DNA of 55,015 bases from NCBI GenBank assembly GCA_038206875.1, contig JBBRAK010000008.1, positions 1-55,015 on the forward strand, given 5' to 3'. Below are positions 17,957 to 28,623 of this stretch, piece by piece. This DNA is from Candidatus Saccharimonadales bacterium. GTDB taxonomy: Bacteria > Patescibacteriota > Saccharimonadia > Saccharimonadales > JBBQAJ01. How positions within the stretch are numbered: the stretch's first letter is position 1; each line of letters begins with the position of its first letter. Under the pieces are notes generated by a model. That model had not been told where the DNA came from and did not search any database. It worked only from the letters and a program-made list of their open reading frames with translations. The translations under genes were made by a program, and so were the position numbers.

Positions 17957-19555
17957 TTAACCAATAACGCGAAAGATTTCTTCAAGAGTTGTTTGGCCAG
18001 CAATTACCTTTAAAACTCCGTCTTGAAGCATGGTTGTCATACCACTTTCGATTGCAGCCGATTCAATTTCCTGCGTTGTCTTTGGATTGCCTTCACTCAG
18101 TATCTGAGCCACTTTACCTCTCATAGTAAACTGCTCTCTCAAAGCAATTTGACCTTTATAGCCAAACGGGTTTTCGGCAGTTGCACCTGGCTTGTAGAGT
18201 TGAAGGCCCTCTAAATTTGGTTTTTCAATTCCAGCTGGCAGAGATTCAATTATCTCGCGAATTTTTGTTAATGTCGCTTCATCTGGCTGGTATGCTTGTT
18301 TGTTCTGGTCGTCTAGTTTCCTTACTAATCTTTGCGCCATCACTAATCGTATCGCGGACACAAACAACGGGTTTTGACCGATTACGTCTATCATACGAGT
18401 CAATGCGGCGGCGGCCGAACTTGCGTGATACGTAGACAGTACAAGATGCCCAGTAAGAGCCGCTTGTAGTGATGTTTTTGCTGTGTCTTGGTCTCGAATT
18501 TCACCAACCATAACAATATCTGGGTCTAAACGCAAAACTGCACGAAGTTTGTTAGCAAAATTGGTCTCTTGGGAATTTTGAGTTGTTACAGAAATCTGCG
18601 TAATTCCAGCAAACTGATATTCGACTGGGTCTTCGATAGTGATTATTTTGCGGTCCTCAGAGTTGAGGCTATTCAACATAGAGTACAAAGTGGTTGTTTT
18701 GCCGGAGCCTGTCGGACCGACCACCAGCACCAGTCCACTTGGCTTTGCAATAATTTCGTCAACAATCTGCCGTTCTTTTGCGGACAACCCAAGTCTATCC
18801 AATGTGTACATGGACTGATCCATGTTAAATAGTCGCATAACAACGTCTATGCCGTTGATAGTTGGCACTGTTTCTAGTCTGACATTCACATCAACCTCTG
18901 CCCCGTCAGCCATTTTTACAACATGTGCAATGTGCCCTTGCTGGGCATCCGGAGCAGAAGTTGAGATATTTCCCGCGCTGGCAATCGCCGCTATCAAAAC
19001 TCGATATTTTTCTAAACTAAGTTTTGCGACAGTATGCAAAACTCCATCGACTCGAAATCTAACTCTCAAAAAGTTTTTCTGGTTTTCCAAATGTATGTCT
19101 GATGCATTTAATCCATGAGCTTGCTGTACCAGATACGCCAGCATATCATCCGCTCTAATCTGTTCAAGCGATGCAGAAACTTGATCTGTGAGATTTTCGT
19201 TATTAGCCTGGTTGAGTGAAATATCATGATACTTAACTTCTTTGGGTGGGTCATAAAGTTTCATATATTCGCGGTACCCAGTGTCCGAGATAAGCATAAA
19301 AGTTACTCTTTGGTCTAAAAATTGTTGTCGCATGCGCGTCATGGTTTGCTGTGACGTAGTATTTGTAACCCCAAAATCTACACTATGAGCACTAGATGCA
19401 AGAGGTACAATCCGTAAATCATACATGTCCTGATTTGTAAGAATATCTTTATATATAGTTTTTTCTGTACTTGAAGTATCGGAATATTGCAGATTCAATA
19501 TTTGAGCTCTTCGTTGGGTGTTGTTTTCTTCGTCGCGCCTGGCGTCTTGTGACAT
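17957..19555 (-). CDS. PilB/GspE family type IV pilus assembly ATPase
   Basis: ASDIH, RFRVDG, GPTGSGKT, TIEDPVEY, LRLDPD..MVGEIRD, TGHLVLSTYH. Confidence 0.92.
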   Translation of the reverse strand: MSQDARRDEENNTQRRAQILNLQYSDTSSTEKTIYKDILTNQDMYDLRIVPLASSAHSVDFGVTNTTSQQTMTRMRQQFLDQRVTFMLISDTGYREYMKLYDPPKEVKYHDISLNQANNENLTDQVSASLEQIRADDMLAYLVQQAHGLNASDIHLENQKNFLRVRFRVDGVLHTVAKLSLEKYRVLIAAIASAGNISTSAPDAQQGHIAHVVKMADGAEVDVNVRLETVPTINGIDVVMRLFNMDQSMYTLDRLGLSAKERQIVDEIIAKPSGLVLVVGPTGSGKTTTLYSMLNSLNSEDRKIITIEDPVEYQFAGITQISVTTQNSQETNFANKLRAVLRLDPDIVMVGEIRDQDTAKTSLQAALTGHLVLSTYHASSAAAALTRMIDVIGQNPLFVSAIRLVMAQRLVRKLDDQNKQAYQPDEATLTKIREIIESLPAGIEKPNLEGLQLYKPGATAENPFGYKGQIALREQFTMRGKVAQILSEGNPKTTQEIESAAIESGMTTMLQDGVLKVIAGQTTLEEIFRVIG

Positions 19556-19649
19556 AAGACTATTATAACCATAAGCCCCTTTAGTCGGAAGTTAAATTTC
19601 TATATTCTTTTGCTTTTGATTTTGCGTCGTAGACATTAAACTTAACAAT

Positions 19650-20147
19650 ATGCGAAACTTACTGTTGATTGCGCATAATTTGCGTAGCTGTCATAACGTC
19701 GGTTCACTTCTAAGAACTGCTGATGGTTTAGGCATATCAAAAGTCTACCTAACTGGTTATACTCCCTACCCTGCTATCAAAAACGACCCTAGACTCCCGC
19801 ATGTTGCCCAAAAACTGCACAAACAAATACAAAAAACCGCGCTGGGCGCAGAACAAACCGTAGATTGGACACATTCGGAAGACATTGATGTTATATTGGC
19901 TGAACTAAAATCGAAAAATTTTGAAATCATTGCGCTAGAACAAGCCAAAAACTCAACTCAAATTGACCGCTGGATTCCATCCAGCCATACAGCACTTGTT
20001 TTGGGTCGTGAAACGGAAGGCATAGAACGCGAAGTACTGATGCAGTGTGACAAGACAATTGAAATACCCATGTTCGGGGAAAAAGAATCTTTCAACGTAG
20101 TTCAGGCCGGGGCTATGGCACTATTCTATTCAAGATTTGCAAAATAA
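19650..20147 (+). CDS. TrmH/SpoU family RNA methyltransferase
   Basis: HNVGSLLRTADG, LGRETEG, IPMFG..ESFNV. Confidence 0.9.
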   Translation: MRNLLLIAHNLRSCHNVGSLLRTADGLGISKVYLTGYTPYPAIKNDPRLPHVAQKLHKQIQKTALGAEQTVDWTHSEDIDVILAELKSKNFEIIALEQAKNSTQIDRWIPSSHTALVLGRETEGIEREVLMQCDKTIEIPMFGEKESFNVVQAGAMALFYSRFAK

Positions 20148-20171
20148 TTTAAAGCTTATACACTTCTAGGT

Positions 20172-21065
20172 ATGGTACATAGGCCGAACAACTTTCGAGC
20201 TCTCAGTAAACCAAAAAAACTCTCCAAAAAAGAACATAGGCATTATTTGCCCTACCTACCTTTGCTGATTTTGGTGGTTAGTACATTTACAATCAGTTTA
20301 ATCCAGCCACTTCAAAATAGAGGCGTACTTGCTTACGCGACAAACGTAAGTGTAGACGGACTACTGCAATCCACAAATGAAAAACGCAGTCAAAACGGAG
20401 TAAGTAGTTTGCAGATCAACAGCTCCTTGAATGCAGCGGCTCAAGCAAAAGCGAACGACATGATAACTCGCAATTACTGGTCTCACGTTACTCCTGACGG
20501 CGAGCAACCATGGGTTTTTATGAATGCTTCGGGGTATAAGTACCAGAAAGCTGGTGAAAATTTAGCGTATGGTTTTAATTCGAGCAAAGACACTGTGAGT
20601 GGATGGATGAATAGCCAAACACACAGGGATAACATGCTAGATACAGCTTTCAATGAAGTTGGTTTTGGGTTTGCAAACGGCGAAAACTTCAATAAGAGTG
20701 GCGAGGAAACTGTTGTTGTCGCAATGTATGGTAAGCCTGTTGTTCTAGCAGCCAACAACGAAACTACTTCGGCTCCAACCCCGACACCGACTACTATTAA
20801 AGATCAAGCAACAGAGCCCAAGTCAATACCCGTGTCCATGGTTCAAACTATCACCAAGGGCCAAGCGCCTTGGGCACTATTTGGCGTTGGGCTAATAACC
20901 GGGCTCGCAGTAATGTTAATAATGGTTAAACATGCCGTGGGCCTGCGACACCTGGTGAGAAATAGTGAGAAATTTGTACTGCACCATCCCTTGCTGGATT
21001 CAGTACTTGTAAGTTTAGTTCTTCTGGGCAGTTTCCTGTCACAAACAACCGGTTTTATTAGATAG
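20172..21065 (+). CDS. Membrane-anchored CAP/SCP domain protein
   Basis: TNEKR, AQAKANDM, YWSH, GENLA, GWMNSQTHRDN; N- and C-terminal TM helices. Confidence 0.88.
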   Translation: MVHRPNNFRALSKPKKLSKKEHRHYLPYLPLLILVVSTFTISLIQPLQNRGVLAYATNVSVDGLLQSTNEKRSQNGVSSLQINSSLNAAAQAKANDMITRNYWSHVTPDGEQPWVFMNASGYKYQKAGENLAYGFNSSKDTVSGWMNSQTHRDNMLDTAFNEVGFGFANGENFNKSGEETVVVAMYGKPVVLAANNETTSAPTPTPTTIKDQATEPKSIPVSMVQTITKGQAPWALFGVGLITGLAVMLIMVKHAVGLRHLVRNSEKFVLHHPLLDSVLVSLVLLGSFLSQTTGFIR

Positions 21066-21092
21066 TATTAAAATTCAAAAGCATGTTGGGGT

Positions 21093-24000
21093 TTATTGCA
21101 TACGCACATGTTCAAGTCCAATAAGAGACTGGAGCTCTTTGAGCGCTGTCTCGTGAGCAATTCGGTTTGGCAGGCGGATGATTTGTTTTTCGTCTTTCCC
21201 GATTACAAGGACCACTTCCGTTTCCCCTGGATGTGCGTCAATTGTTTGTTTGAGAGATACCAGCTCTGTTTGGTTAGAACTAGTTTGAAGTCTAACATAA
21301 ACTCTGGTTGGATTTGTAGGTGTTTTTGAGACTTTGCTTTTTGGTGATTTGGGAGTTTTTTTAAGCGTCTTTGGCTTTGAACCGGTTGCTTGATAAGCAG
21401 TTGCTTGCTCATGAGTTATTTCTCTTGCATCATCTACAAGCAGTTTTGTTTCTCCAGTCAAATTTCCTTGCCTGTCTTTAAATGACACTTTGCCTTTTAC
21501 TAAAACTATTTTATCCCTGTCCCAAATTCCTGTCGTCTGCTGGAAAATTCCGGGAAAAAGTATAAGCTCAATTTCCCCGAACTGATCGGCAATTTTTACA
21601 AAAGCCATCTTCTGACCGTTTTTAGTTACGATTTCTCTAACGTCTGTCACAGAACCGCCGACTTGAGCAGTTTTGCCATCATGTTCGGGCTTGATTGAAT
21701 TTAGTGCGACTGTCTGCTCGGACAGTATTGCCTCAAACTCAACTAATGGATGCTGGCTCAAATATAAACCAAGCAATTCTCTTTCCCAAATTAATTTCTG
21801 TCGCTGTTCAACATTTTCTACTTCTGCGCTTAGAACAATCCTTGGTTTATCAGAATTTGCTTCACCATCGCCAAATAAATCAGTTTGCCCGCTATTTGCG
21901 TCTTTTTGAATTTTGTTGGCAAATGCTATGAATAAATCAATATTTCCAAGTAGTACATGCCTTTCTCCTAGGTTATCAAATGCCCCCGATTTAATCAGAC
22001 TTTCAAGAGATTTTCTGTTGACAGCGCGGACACTTACTTTTCCAAAAAATTCTTCAAGTGTTTTAAATTGTCCATTTACTTTTCTCGCACGCAGAATCTC
22101 GTCTACAGCGTTACTGCCAACGTTTTTGACTGCTCTTAGCCCAAAACGAATTTTGCTTTTGCCCGGAACAACCGCAAATTCGTTAAACGATTCATTGATA
22201 TCAGGAGGCAAAACTTCAATTTCCATATGTTTACACTCAGTAATCTCTATGGCAAGACGGTCAATATCATCATAATCACTAGTCATTAGCGCTGCCATAA
22301 ATACATCAGGGTAATTTGCCTTTAGATAGGCTGTCCAGTATGCGATAAGTGCGTAGCATGAGGAGTGTGCTTTTGGAAATGCATATGACGCAAAAGCTTC
22401 GAGCTGTTTCCAGAATTTTTCCATAAGATCCCTATCTGCACCAACTGTTTGCATAGCTCCTTCGATAAATTCTGTTTTGAATTTGGCTAGGACTGCTGGA
22501 ATTTTTTTGCCGATGCCTTTTCGAAGACTGTCAGCTTGTCCGCCAGTAAAACCACACATTTCTTTACTTATCTGCATAACTTGCTCTTGATAAACGATTA
22601 TCCCGTATGTGTTTTGGAGCGCGGGTGCCATAGCTGAATGCATAAAGGTAATTTCTTTTTCCCCGTGCTTTCTTGCAATAAAATCCTCAATCCACTGCAT
22701 CGGACCAGGTCTATAAAGCGCGTTCATTGCGATAAGGTCTTCAAAAACAGTTGGTTGCAACTGTTTTAAATATCGCTTCATGCCGGCTGATTCAAACTGA
22801 AATAATCCTGTGGTGTCGCCACTTTGAAACAATTTGAAAGTTTTTTCGTCATCCAGTGGTATGTTTTCGACCAGCAAATCCGTGCCATGAACTTTTTTAA
22901 TAGTTCGAAGTGCATTTTTAATAATTGTTAAGTTTGACAGACCTAGAAAGTCCATTTTTAAAAGTCCTAGTTCCTCAATTGGGCCCATAGAGTACTGGGT
23001 TGTGATGGTTCCTTTTTGAGCAATTTCTAAAGGGGTGTAGTTGACAAGTGAATCTGGCGCAATCACAACTCCTGCGGCATGCACACCGTGCGAACGTATA
23101 GTTCCTTCTAACTTTACAGCCTGATCCAGGACTTTTTTCGAAACTGGATTTGAATTATATTCGGACTTCAATTCGTCGTTTTCAACTAGTGAGGTTGCCA
23201 GCGGTATATGCCTTCCCTGTACGGGTGGTGGAATTATTTTTGCAAGTCTATCTGCTTCCGAATAGGGAACCTGTAAAACTCGCGCCACATCTCGTACAGC
23301 GTTTCTGGCAAACATTCTACCAAAAGTTACGATATTTGCTACGCGGTCTGCTCCGTATTTTTCAATACAATATTCAATCACTTCATCCCTACGTGTATCC
23401 TGGATGTCAATGTCTATATCAGGCATTGAGATACGGTCAGGGTTTAAAAATCTTTCAAAAAGTAAATCATATTTTAGAGGATCTAGCTCCGTTATATTCA
23501 GTGCATAAGATATGATTGAACCTGCAGCCGAACCCCTTCCTGGCCCAAACACAATTCCTTTGGTTTTGCCCCAGTTTATAAAATCTTGAATAATCAAAAA
23601 ATATCCATTAAATCCCATGTCTCCAATCACTCCAAGTTCGTATTCAGCTCGTTTTTTTACCTCTTTGGATAATTTGCTCACCGCAGAAGTTTGAGTGAGT
23701 TTTTTGGAACTAGCGTGACTAACTTTACCATAACGCCAAGCTAGGCCTTGGTACACAAGTTCTTGCAGATAGGTTTTTTCCGTTTTGCCTTTGGGAACTT
23801 TAAATTTTGGAATCAGTATTTTTCCCAAATCGATTTCCAAACTACACCGCTCAGCTATTATTCTTGAGTTTTTAATCACTTCCGGATGAGTTTTGCCCCA
23901 ACGCTCAATAATTTCTTTTGGCGAAGTGACATGCAAAGGAAACTGTTTGAGCGACATGCGTTTTTCGTCAGCAATAAATGACCCTGTTCCAACACATAGT

Positions 24001-24704
24001 AATATCTCGTGGGCGTCTTGGTCTTCGTGTCGCAGATAGTGGGCATCACATGTTACTACTACTTCAATACTTAGCTCTTTGCCCAGTTTTAGGATTTGCT
24101 CATTGATATTTTGCTGCTCCTGGTTGTGCATGGGGTTTTTGGGATGACCATGATCTTGTATTTCAAGATAATACCTGTCGCCAAATATGCCCTTGTACCA
24201 TTTAGCAATCTCTATGGCTTGGTCATATTGATTTTGTTTTAGTGCAGAGCCAATTTCTCCACCCATACAAGCGCTGAGTACAATCAAACCTTCACTGTGT
24301 TTTTCTAAAAGTTCATGATCAATCCTTGGATAGTAATAAAATCCTTCCAAATTCGCTGTCGTACTAAGTTGCATCAAATTCAGATATCCGGTCTGATTGA
24401 TTGCAAGAATTATCAAATGAAATCTATTTTTGTCTTTGCCGGGCTCTTTGTCGGAATACCGACGAGCTGCAACATACGTCTCAATTCCTATAATTGGCTT
24501 TATTTCATGATTTATTGCTTCTTTGTAAAATTCAATCGCTCCCGAAAGCGTCCCGTGATCCGTCATAGCAACAGCGCTCATTCCGGCCTCTGCTACATTG
24601 TCCATAAGTTCGTCGATTTTCGTCAGACCATCTAGCAGGCTATATTGTGTATGGTTGTGCAGGTGCACAAAATCAGCTGCGGTTAGCGAGCTGTCTTTTG
24701 CCAT
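21093..24704 (-). CDS. dnaE: DNA polymerase III alpha subunit
   Basis: PHP domain HLHNHTQYSLLDG, GRGSAAGS, PDIDID, KMDFLGL, OB fold. Confidence 0.98.
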   Translation of the reverse strand: MAKDSSLTAADFVHLHNHTQYSLLDGLTKIDELMDNVAEAGMSAVAMTDHGTLSGAIEFYKEAINHEIKPIIGIETYVAARRYSDKEPGKDKNRFHLIILAINQTGYLNLMQLSTTANLEGFYYYPRIDHELLEKHSEGLIVLSACMGGEIGSALKQNQYDQAIEIAKWYKGIFGDRYYLEIQDHGHPKNPMHNQEQQNINEQILKLGKELSIEVVVTCDAHYLRHEDQDAHEILLCVGTGSFIADEKRMSLKQFPLHVTSPKEIIERWGKTHPEVIKNSRIIAERCSLEIDLGKILIPKFKVPKGKTEKTYLQELVYQGLAWRYGKVSHASSKKLTQTSAVSKLSKEVKKRAEYELGVIGDMGFNGYFLIIQDFINWGKTKGIVFGPGRGSAAGSIISYALNITELDPLKYDLLFERFLNPDRISMPDIDIDIQDTRRDEVIEYCIEKYGADRVANIVTFGRMFARNAVRDVARVLQVPYSEADRLAKIIPPPVQGRHIPLATSLVENDELKSEYNSNPVSKKVLDQAVKLEGTIRSHGVHAAGVVIAPDSLVNYTPLEIAQKGTITTQYSMGPIEELGLLKMDFLGLSNLTIIKNALRTIKKVHGTDLLVENIPLDDEKTFKLFQSGDTTGLFQFESAGMKRYLKQLQPTVFEDLIAMNALYRPGPMQWIEDFIARKHGEKEITFMHSAMAPALQNTYGIIVYQEQVMQISKEMCGFTGGQADSLRKGIGKKIPAVLAKFKTEFIEGAMQTVGADRDLMEKFWKQLEAFASYAFPKAHSSCYALIAYWTAYLKANYPDVFMAALMTSDYDDIDRLAIEITECKHMEIEVLPPDINESFNEFAVVPGKSKIRFGLRAVKNVGSNAVDEILRARKVNGQFKTLEEFFGKVSVRAVNRKSLESLIKSGAFDNLGERHVLLGNIDLFIAFANKIQKDANSGQTDLFGDGEANSDKPRIVLSAEVENVEQRQKLIWERELLGLYLSQHPLVEFEAILSEQTVALNSIKPEHDGKTAQVGGSVTDVREIVTKNGQKMAFVKIADQFGEIELILFPGIFQQTTGIWDRDKIVLVKGKVSFKDRQGNLTGETKLLVDDAREITHEQATAYQATGSKPKTLKKTPKSPKSKVSKTPTNPTRVYVRLQTSSNQTELVSLKQTIDAHPGETEVVLVIGKDEKQIIRLPNRIAHETALKELQSLIGLEHVRMQ

Positions 24705-25108
24705 TAAACTTTTTTAGTTACAAATTTTTTCAGATGTGACGTAGCTTTTTTTACGTCGTTAATTGCTTTTTGCAAATCTTTGTCGTCGGCTTCGCCCTCA
24801 TGCACTGCTGATAGTAGGATACGTGCTTTTGAACCGGCTTTTTCTGCAGCACTTTTTGCTTTTGTAAATTCTGCGCTAACTTTTTCTTTAGACTTGGTAA
24901 CCATGGCGGTTGCGTCATCTATTAGGTGGTTTAACTCACTGTGAGCTTGTTTCAGTTTACGTTCAGCTTCATTTTTAGTGCTTAGGGCTGCGTTTTTGAT
25001 ATCTTTTCTGGTTTCTACACCACTTTTTGGTGCCGTTAGAAGTCCAGCAATATATCCAATACCAGCAAGCAACACGCCACCGACCGCGAAATTACGTTTT
25101 TTGCTCAT
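24704..25108 (-). CDS. YtxH domain protein
   Basis: N-terminal TM followed by LLTAPKSGVETR and a helical tail; stop overlaps the dnaE start. Confidence 0.8.
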   Translation of the reverse strand: MSKKRNFAVGGVLLAGIGYIAGLLTAPKSGVETRKDIKNAALSTKNEAERKLKQAHSELNHLIDDATAMVTKSKEKVSAEFTKAKSAAEKAGSKARILLSAVHEGEADDKDLQKAINDVKKATSHLKKFVTKKV

Positions 25109-25377
25109 TATTTGTCCCCTTTAGACTTATTATTATGCCTGTGCACAGCTTCATTAATGTTCGAAAATAGTTTCCCGATTGCCGCTGGACCAGCAGTGTA
25201 TTTAAAGAATTCTCCGACAGTCTCGGCTGTATTTGCGATTTTTTCTGCCTTCTGGGAAATACTTTTCAGATGGTTAAGTATTTGTATTGTCTTTACTGTA
25301 GCAATAATCGCCAGTAACAAGAAAAGGGCTAGTGCAGATGACAATACTATTACCAATATCTGTTCAGCGTTATCCAT
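25108..25377 (-). CDS. Small membrane protein (YtxG/DUF948-like)
   Basis: TM helix plus amphipathic helix, coupled directly upstream of the YtxH gene. Confidence 0.55.
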   Translation of the reverse strand: MDNAEQILVIVLSSALALFLLLAIIATVKTIQILNHLKSISQKAEKIANTAETVGEFFKYTAGPAAIGKLFSNINEAVHRHNNKSKGDK

Positions 25378-25386
25378 ATGTGTACG

Positions 25387-26277
25387 TTATTGTACCACTT
25401 TACGAAGATATTCGCGAAAATCATCCTTAATTTCATCTCGCTGAAGTGCAAAATCCACAACTGTTTTTAGATATTCCAATTTGTTTCCGGTATCGTGATA
25501 TCTTGCGTTTTGGATTTCAGTAGCAATCACTCTACCTCCTTGACTAATTAATTTCATCAAGGCGTCATTAGCATAAAGCTCATTTTCAGGTTTTAGCTCC
25601 TGTGCAACAGCATGGAGATGTTTAAAAATATCACCAGTGAGTAAAAATCCCCCGTTTGTTGCTTGGTCTGACGGAGAATGTTCTTTCCCCGGTTTTTCAA
25701 CAATATTTTTGGCATCAATTATTCCATCTCGCAATTTTTCACCAGCAGCATACCCATACCGGGCATAATCAGCCTCTTGATTGGCCGTTATTGTGCCGAC
25801 AACCGAACATCCATATTCGTTGTATGTGTCAATCATTTGCTTAAATCGAACGGGGCTTGACACAATAAAGTCGTCGCTCCAGGTGTAGATAAATGGCTCA
25901 CTGCCTATCAAATGTTCCACATTTAAAAGTGGAGTACCGTTTCCGTATGGACCTTTTTGACGAACGTATGCAAAGTTGGCTAAGTTTGCAACTTTTTTTG
26001 TTTCGTCTAATAGTGCTACCTTACCCCCTTGATTTAAGTTAGCAATCAGGTCCGCGCTCATAGCATCAAAGTGATCCTCTATAGACCGTTTGTGATACCC
26101 AGTAACGATAACTATATCTTCAATACCTGCCTGCACTAATTCTTCGACTATATACTGAATAATCGGCTTGTCGACGAGTGGCAACATCTCTTTGGGCATA
26201 GCTTTTGTTTGGGGTAGAAACCGTGTGCCAAATCCTGCCGCGGCGATTACTGCTTTTCGAACCTTCTGTTTATCCAT
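25387..26277 (-). CDS. galU: UTP--glucose-1-phosphate uridylyltransferase
   Basis: KAVIAAAGFGTRFLPQTKAMPKEMLP, VEKP, DTGNKL. Confidence 0.92.
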   Translation of the reverse strand: MDKQKVRKAVIAAAGFGTRFLPQTKAMPKEMLPLVDKPIIQYIVEELVQAGIEDIVIVTGYHKRSIEDHFDAMSADLIANLNQGGKVALLDETKKVANLANFAYVRQKGPYGNGTPLLNVEHLIGSEPFIYTWSDDFIVSSPVRFKQMIDTYNEYGCSVVGTITANQEADYARYGYAAGEKLRDGIIDAKNIVEKPGKEHSPSDQATNGGFLLTGDIFKHLHAVAQELKPENELYANDALMKLISQGGRVIATEIQNARYHDTGNKLEYLKTVVDFALQRDEIKDDFREYLRKVVQ

Positions 26278-26353
26278 TCTCTAAATTGTATCATGGCAAA
26301 ATATATTTCATATTAGTTGCAATGCAACATTATTGGCGTATAATCAACTTTCT

Positions 26354-27172
26354 ATGCCCCCAGAGTCGTTTCCAGAGTCAAAACAATCCTTGCCAGATGA
26401 ATTTCTAAACCCAGAAAATTTTTTGGATACCTGGGGTGAAAAAATAGATCTCATTCCTGAAGAGTTTCAAAATATGTGGGATGAAGCAGAACAGTACTAT
26501 ACTAATCTACCGTATCATAATTGGCTTCATGTGAGAAAAGTCCTATTTGGCACTATGCTTTTTGCAGATGTTTACGAGACAAATGGGGTAGTGCTAGATC
26601 GGAGCGTCTTAGTTCTCGCAGCATTATTTCACGATACCAATTTTCACGAAAATCACACCGAGCTTGGCTACAGAACCAAAGAGGAACATTCTGTCGTGAT
26701 TTTTGAAGAGAATGCGGAGAAACATGGCTATTCCGAGGAAGCTACGCTTTTGGGAAAACAAGCAATCACTGCAACCACAGCGGGGACGGAAGCAGTAAGC
26801 GAATACGACGTTGCACTGGTATGCTCTGACCTGCTGGGTGCGTCAAGTAATTTTGATACTTTTTTCATGCCGGATGGCGACGATTTGTCAGAAGAATGGA
26901 ACATTATGAATCCGGAAAAACAAAAAACTCGCGGGGAATACATAGATTTCACAGTTGGGTTATTGTCAACTTATGCAGTTCTTAACCTAGGTTCAGGAGA
27001 ATATGAATCGGATTATGATCCTAGAGAATGGATTGTTGAAGGAATTAAGGCAAACATTTTTAGGCTGGCAGATATAAGGCGAGCACAGCTTGGACTATCT
27101 ATGACTGGCTATGTCAATAAATATTGTAATGACTTTCCATCTTCCAGGATTGTTCTGGACGAAGCCGCTTAA
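26354..27172 (+). CDS. HD-domain phosphohydrolase, class I cyclic-nucleotide PDE-like
   Basis: PYHNWLH...AALFHD...ITAT...CSDL. Start likely ATG 26354 (TATAAT 9 nt upstream) rather than TTG 26333. Confidence 0.7.
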   Translation: MPPESFPESKQSLPDEFLNPENFLDTWGEKIDLIPEEFQNMWDEAEQYYTNLPYHNWLHVRKVLFGTMLFADVYETNGVVLDRSVLVLAALFHDTNFHENHTELGYRTKEEHSVVIFEENAEKHGYSEEATLLGKQAITATTAGTEAVSEYDVALVCSDLLGASSNFDTFFMPDGDDLSEEWNIMNPEKQKTRGEYIDFTVGLLSTYAVLNLGSGEYESDYDPREWIVEGIKANIFRLADIRRAQLGLSMTGYVNKYCNDFPSSRIVLDEAA

Positions 27173-28623
27173 ATTTTAAGTTGGTTTTTGATTAGTTTTT
27201 GGGCTAGGGCTGGGTTGGCTTTCCCCCTACTGGCTTTCATAACTTGACCTACTAAGAACCCTACGGCTTTTTGTTCACCATTTTTGACGTCTTTTGTCGC
27301 TTGCGGATTGTCGGTAAGTACTTGCTTTACAATATCGGCTATTTCGCCTTCGTCTGATACCTGCAGTATATTCTTAGAGTTTGCGATTTTTAAGGGAGCG
27401 TCGCCGGTTTTTATCATTTCAAGCAATATAGTCTTTGCACCAGTGGAGCTGATTTTGTTGTCGGCTGTCATTTGTGCAAGTTCTACCAAATGCTCTGGGT
27501 TTAGTTTTAAATCATCCCAATCCACATCACCGTCCGAAATTAGAGCCTGTACTCCAGTTACCAACCAGTTAGCAACCCTCTTGACAAGCTCTTTATTACA
27601 CCCTGTGTCAAGTAGTTCAAAAATTAGTTTTCCAGCAGGCATTTCATCTATCAACGTATTTACCGCTGATTCATCCAAACCCAAAACAGATAGGGCACTC
27701 CGAAGATCTGCTGGAAGTGGTGGCATGATAGATTTTATGCCTTTAATTGCTGTGTCAGATAACTCTACCGGTGGCAGGTCTGGTTCTGGAAAATACCTGT
27801 AGTCATGCGAATCTTCTTTGCTACGTTGAGAGAACGTTTTTTGTTTGGCATCGTCCCATCCCCGGGTTTCTTGGACAACCTTGCCTCCCTTTTCTAGCAG
27901 TTCAATTTGACGAGCAATTTCATAGTCAACAGCTTTTTCTACGCTTTTGAACGAATTTAGGTTTTTTGTTTCACTACGAGTACCGAGTTCATCTGTTTTG
28001 CTAACACTAACATTTACATCAAAACGCATATTGCCGTAAAACAAATTTGCATCAGATACCTCTGCATATCTCATGAGCAGATACAGTTCTTTGGCATAGG
28101 CTTTTGCTTCTTGGGCAGAATGCATTTCAGGTTCTGAAACAATTTCCAGTAGTGGAGTACCTGCTCGATTTAGGTCTACCAAACTGTAGTCTTTGCCAGC
28201 CGGGTGAGTGCTTTTGCCAGCGTCTTCTTCTAAATGTGCCCGAGTCAGATTGATTGTTTTTGTTTTACCATCGACTTTGATATCCACGTGTCCACCAACA
28301 ATTATTGGTTCATCAAACTGTGTTATTTGGTAACCTTTGGGCAGGTCCGGATAGAAATAGTGTTTCCGGTCGAATTTGCTAAATTTTTGTGGTGGCACAC
28401 CTAGGGCAAAAGAAGCTTTCATGGCAAGTTCGACGGCTTGTTCATTTAGCACTGGTAGCGCGCCCGGCAAACCCATGTCTATGTGGCTTATAAGCGTATT
28501 TGGTTCGGCTTTGCGGGCGTCGTTGCTGACGGCAGAAAACAGCTTAGTCTTAGTTTTTAGCTGTACATGGCATTCTATACCTATTGTTGCCGTGTATTTT
28601 GCCGTTACTTGTTCAGTTATCAT
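27169..28623 (-). CDS. gatB: Asp/Glu-tRNA amidotransferase subunit B
   Basis: IGIECHVQL, RKHYFYPDLPKGYQITQ, HLEEDAGK, DYRYFPEPDL. Confidence 0.97.
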   Translation of the reverse strand: MITEQVTAKYTATIGIECHVQLKTKTKLFSAVSNDARKAEPNTLISHIDMGLPGALPVLNEQAVELAMKASFALGVPPQKFSKFDRKHYFYPDLPKGYQITQFDEPIIVGGHVDIKVDGKTKTINLTRAHLEEDAGKSTHPAGKDYSLVDLNRAGTPLLEIVSEPEMHSAQEAKAYAKELYLLMRYAEVSDANLFYGNMRFDVNVSVSKTDELGTRSETKNLNSFKSVEKAVDYEIARQIELLEKGGKVVQETRGWDDAKQKTFSQRSKEDSHDYRYFPEPDLPPVELSDTAIKGIKSIMPPLPADLRSALSVLGLDESAVNTLIDEMPAGKLIFELLDTGCNKELVKRVANWLVTGVQALISDGDVDWDDLKLNPEHLVELAQMTADNKISSTGAKTILLEMIKTGDAPLKIANSKNILQVSDEGEIADIVKQVLTDNPQATKDVKNGEQKAVGFLVGQVMKASRGKANPALAQKLIKNQLKI

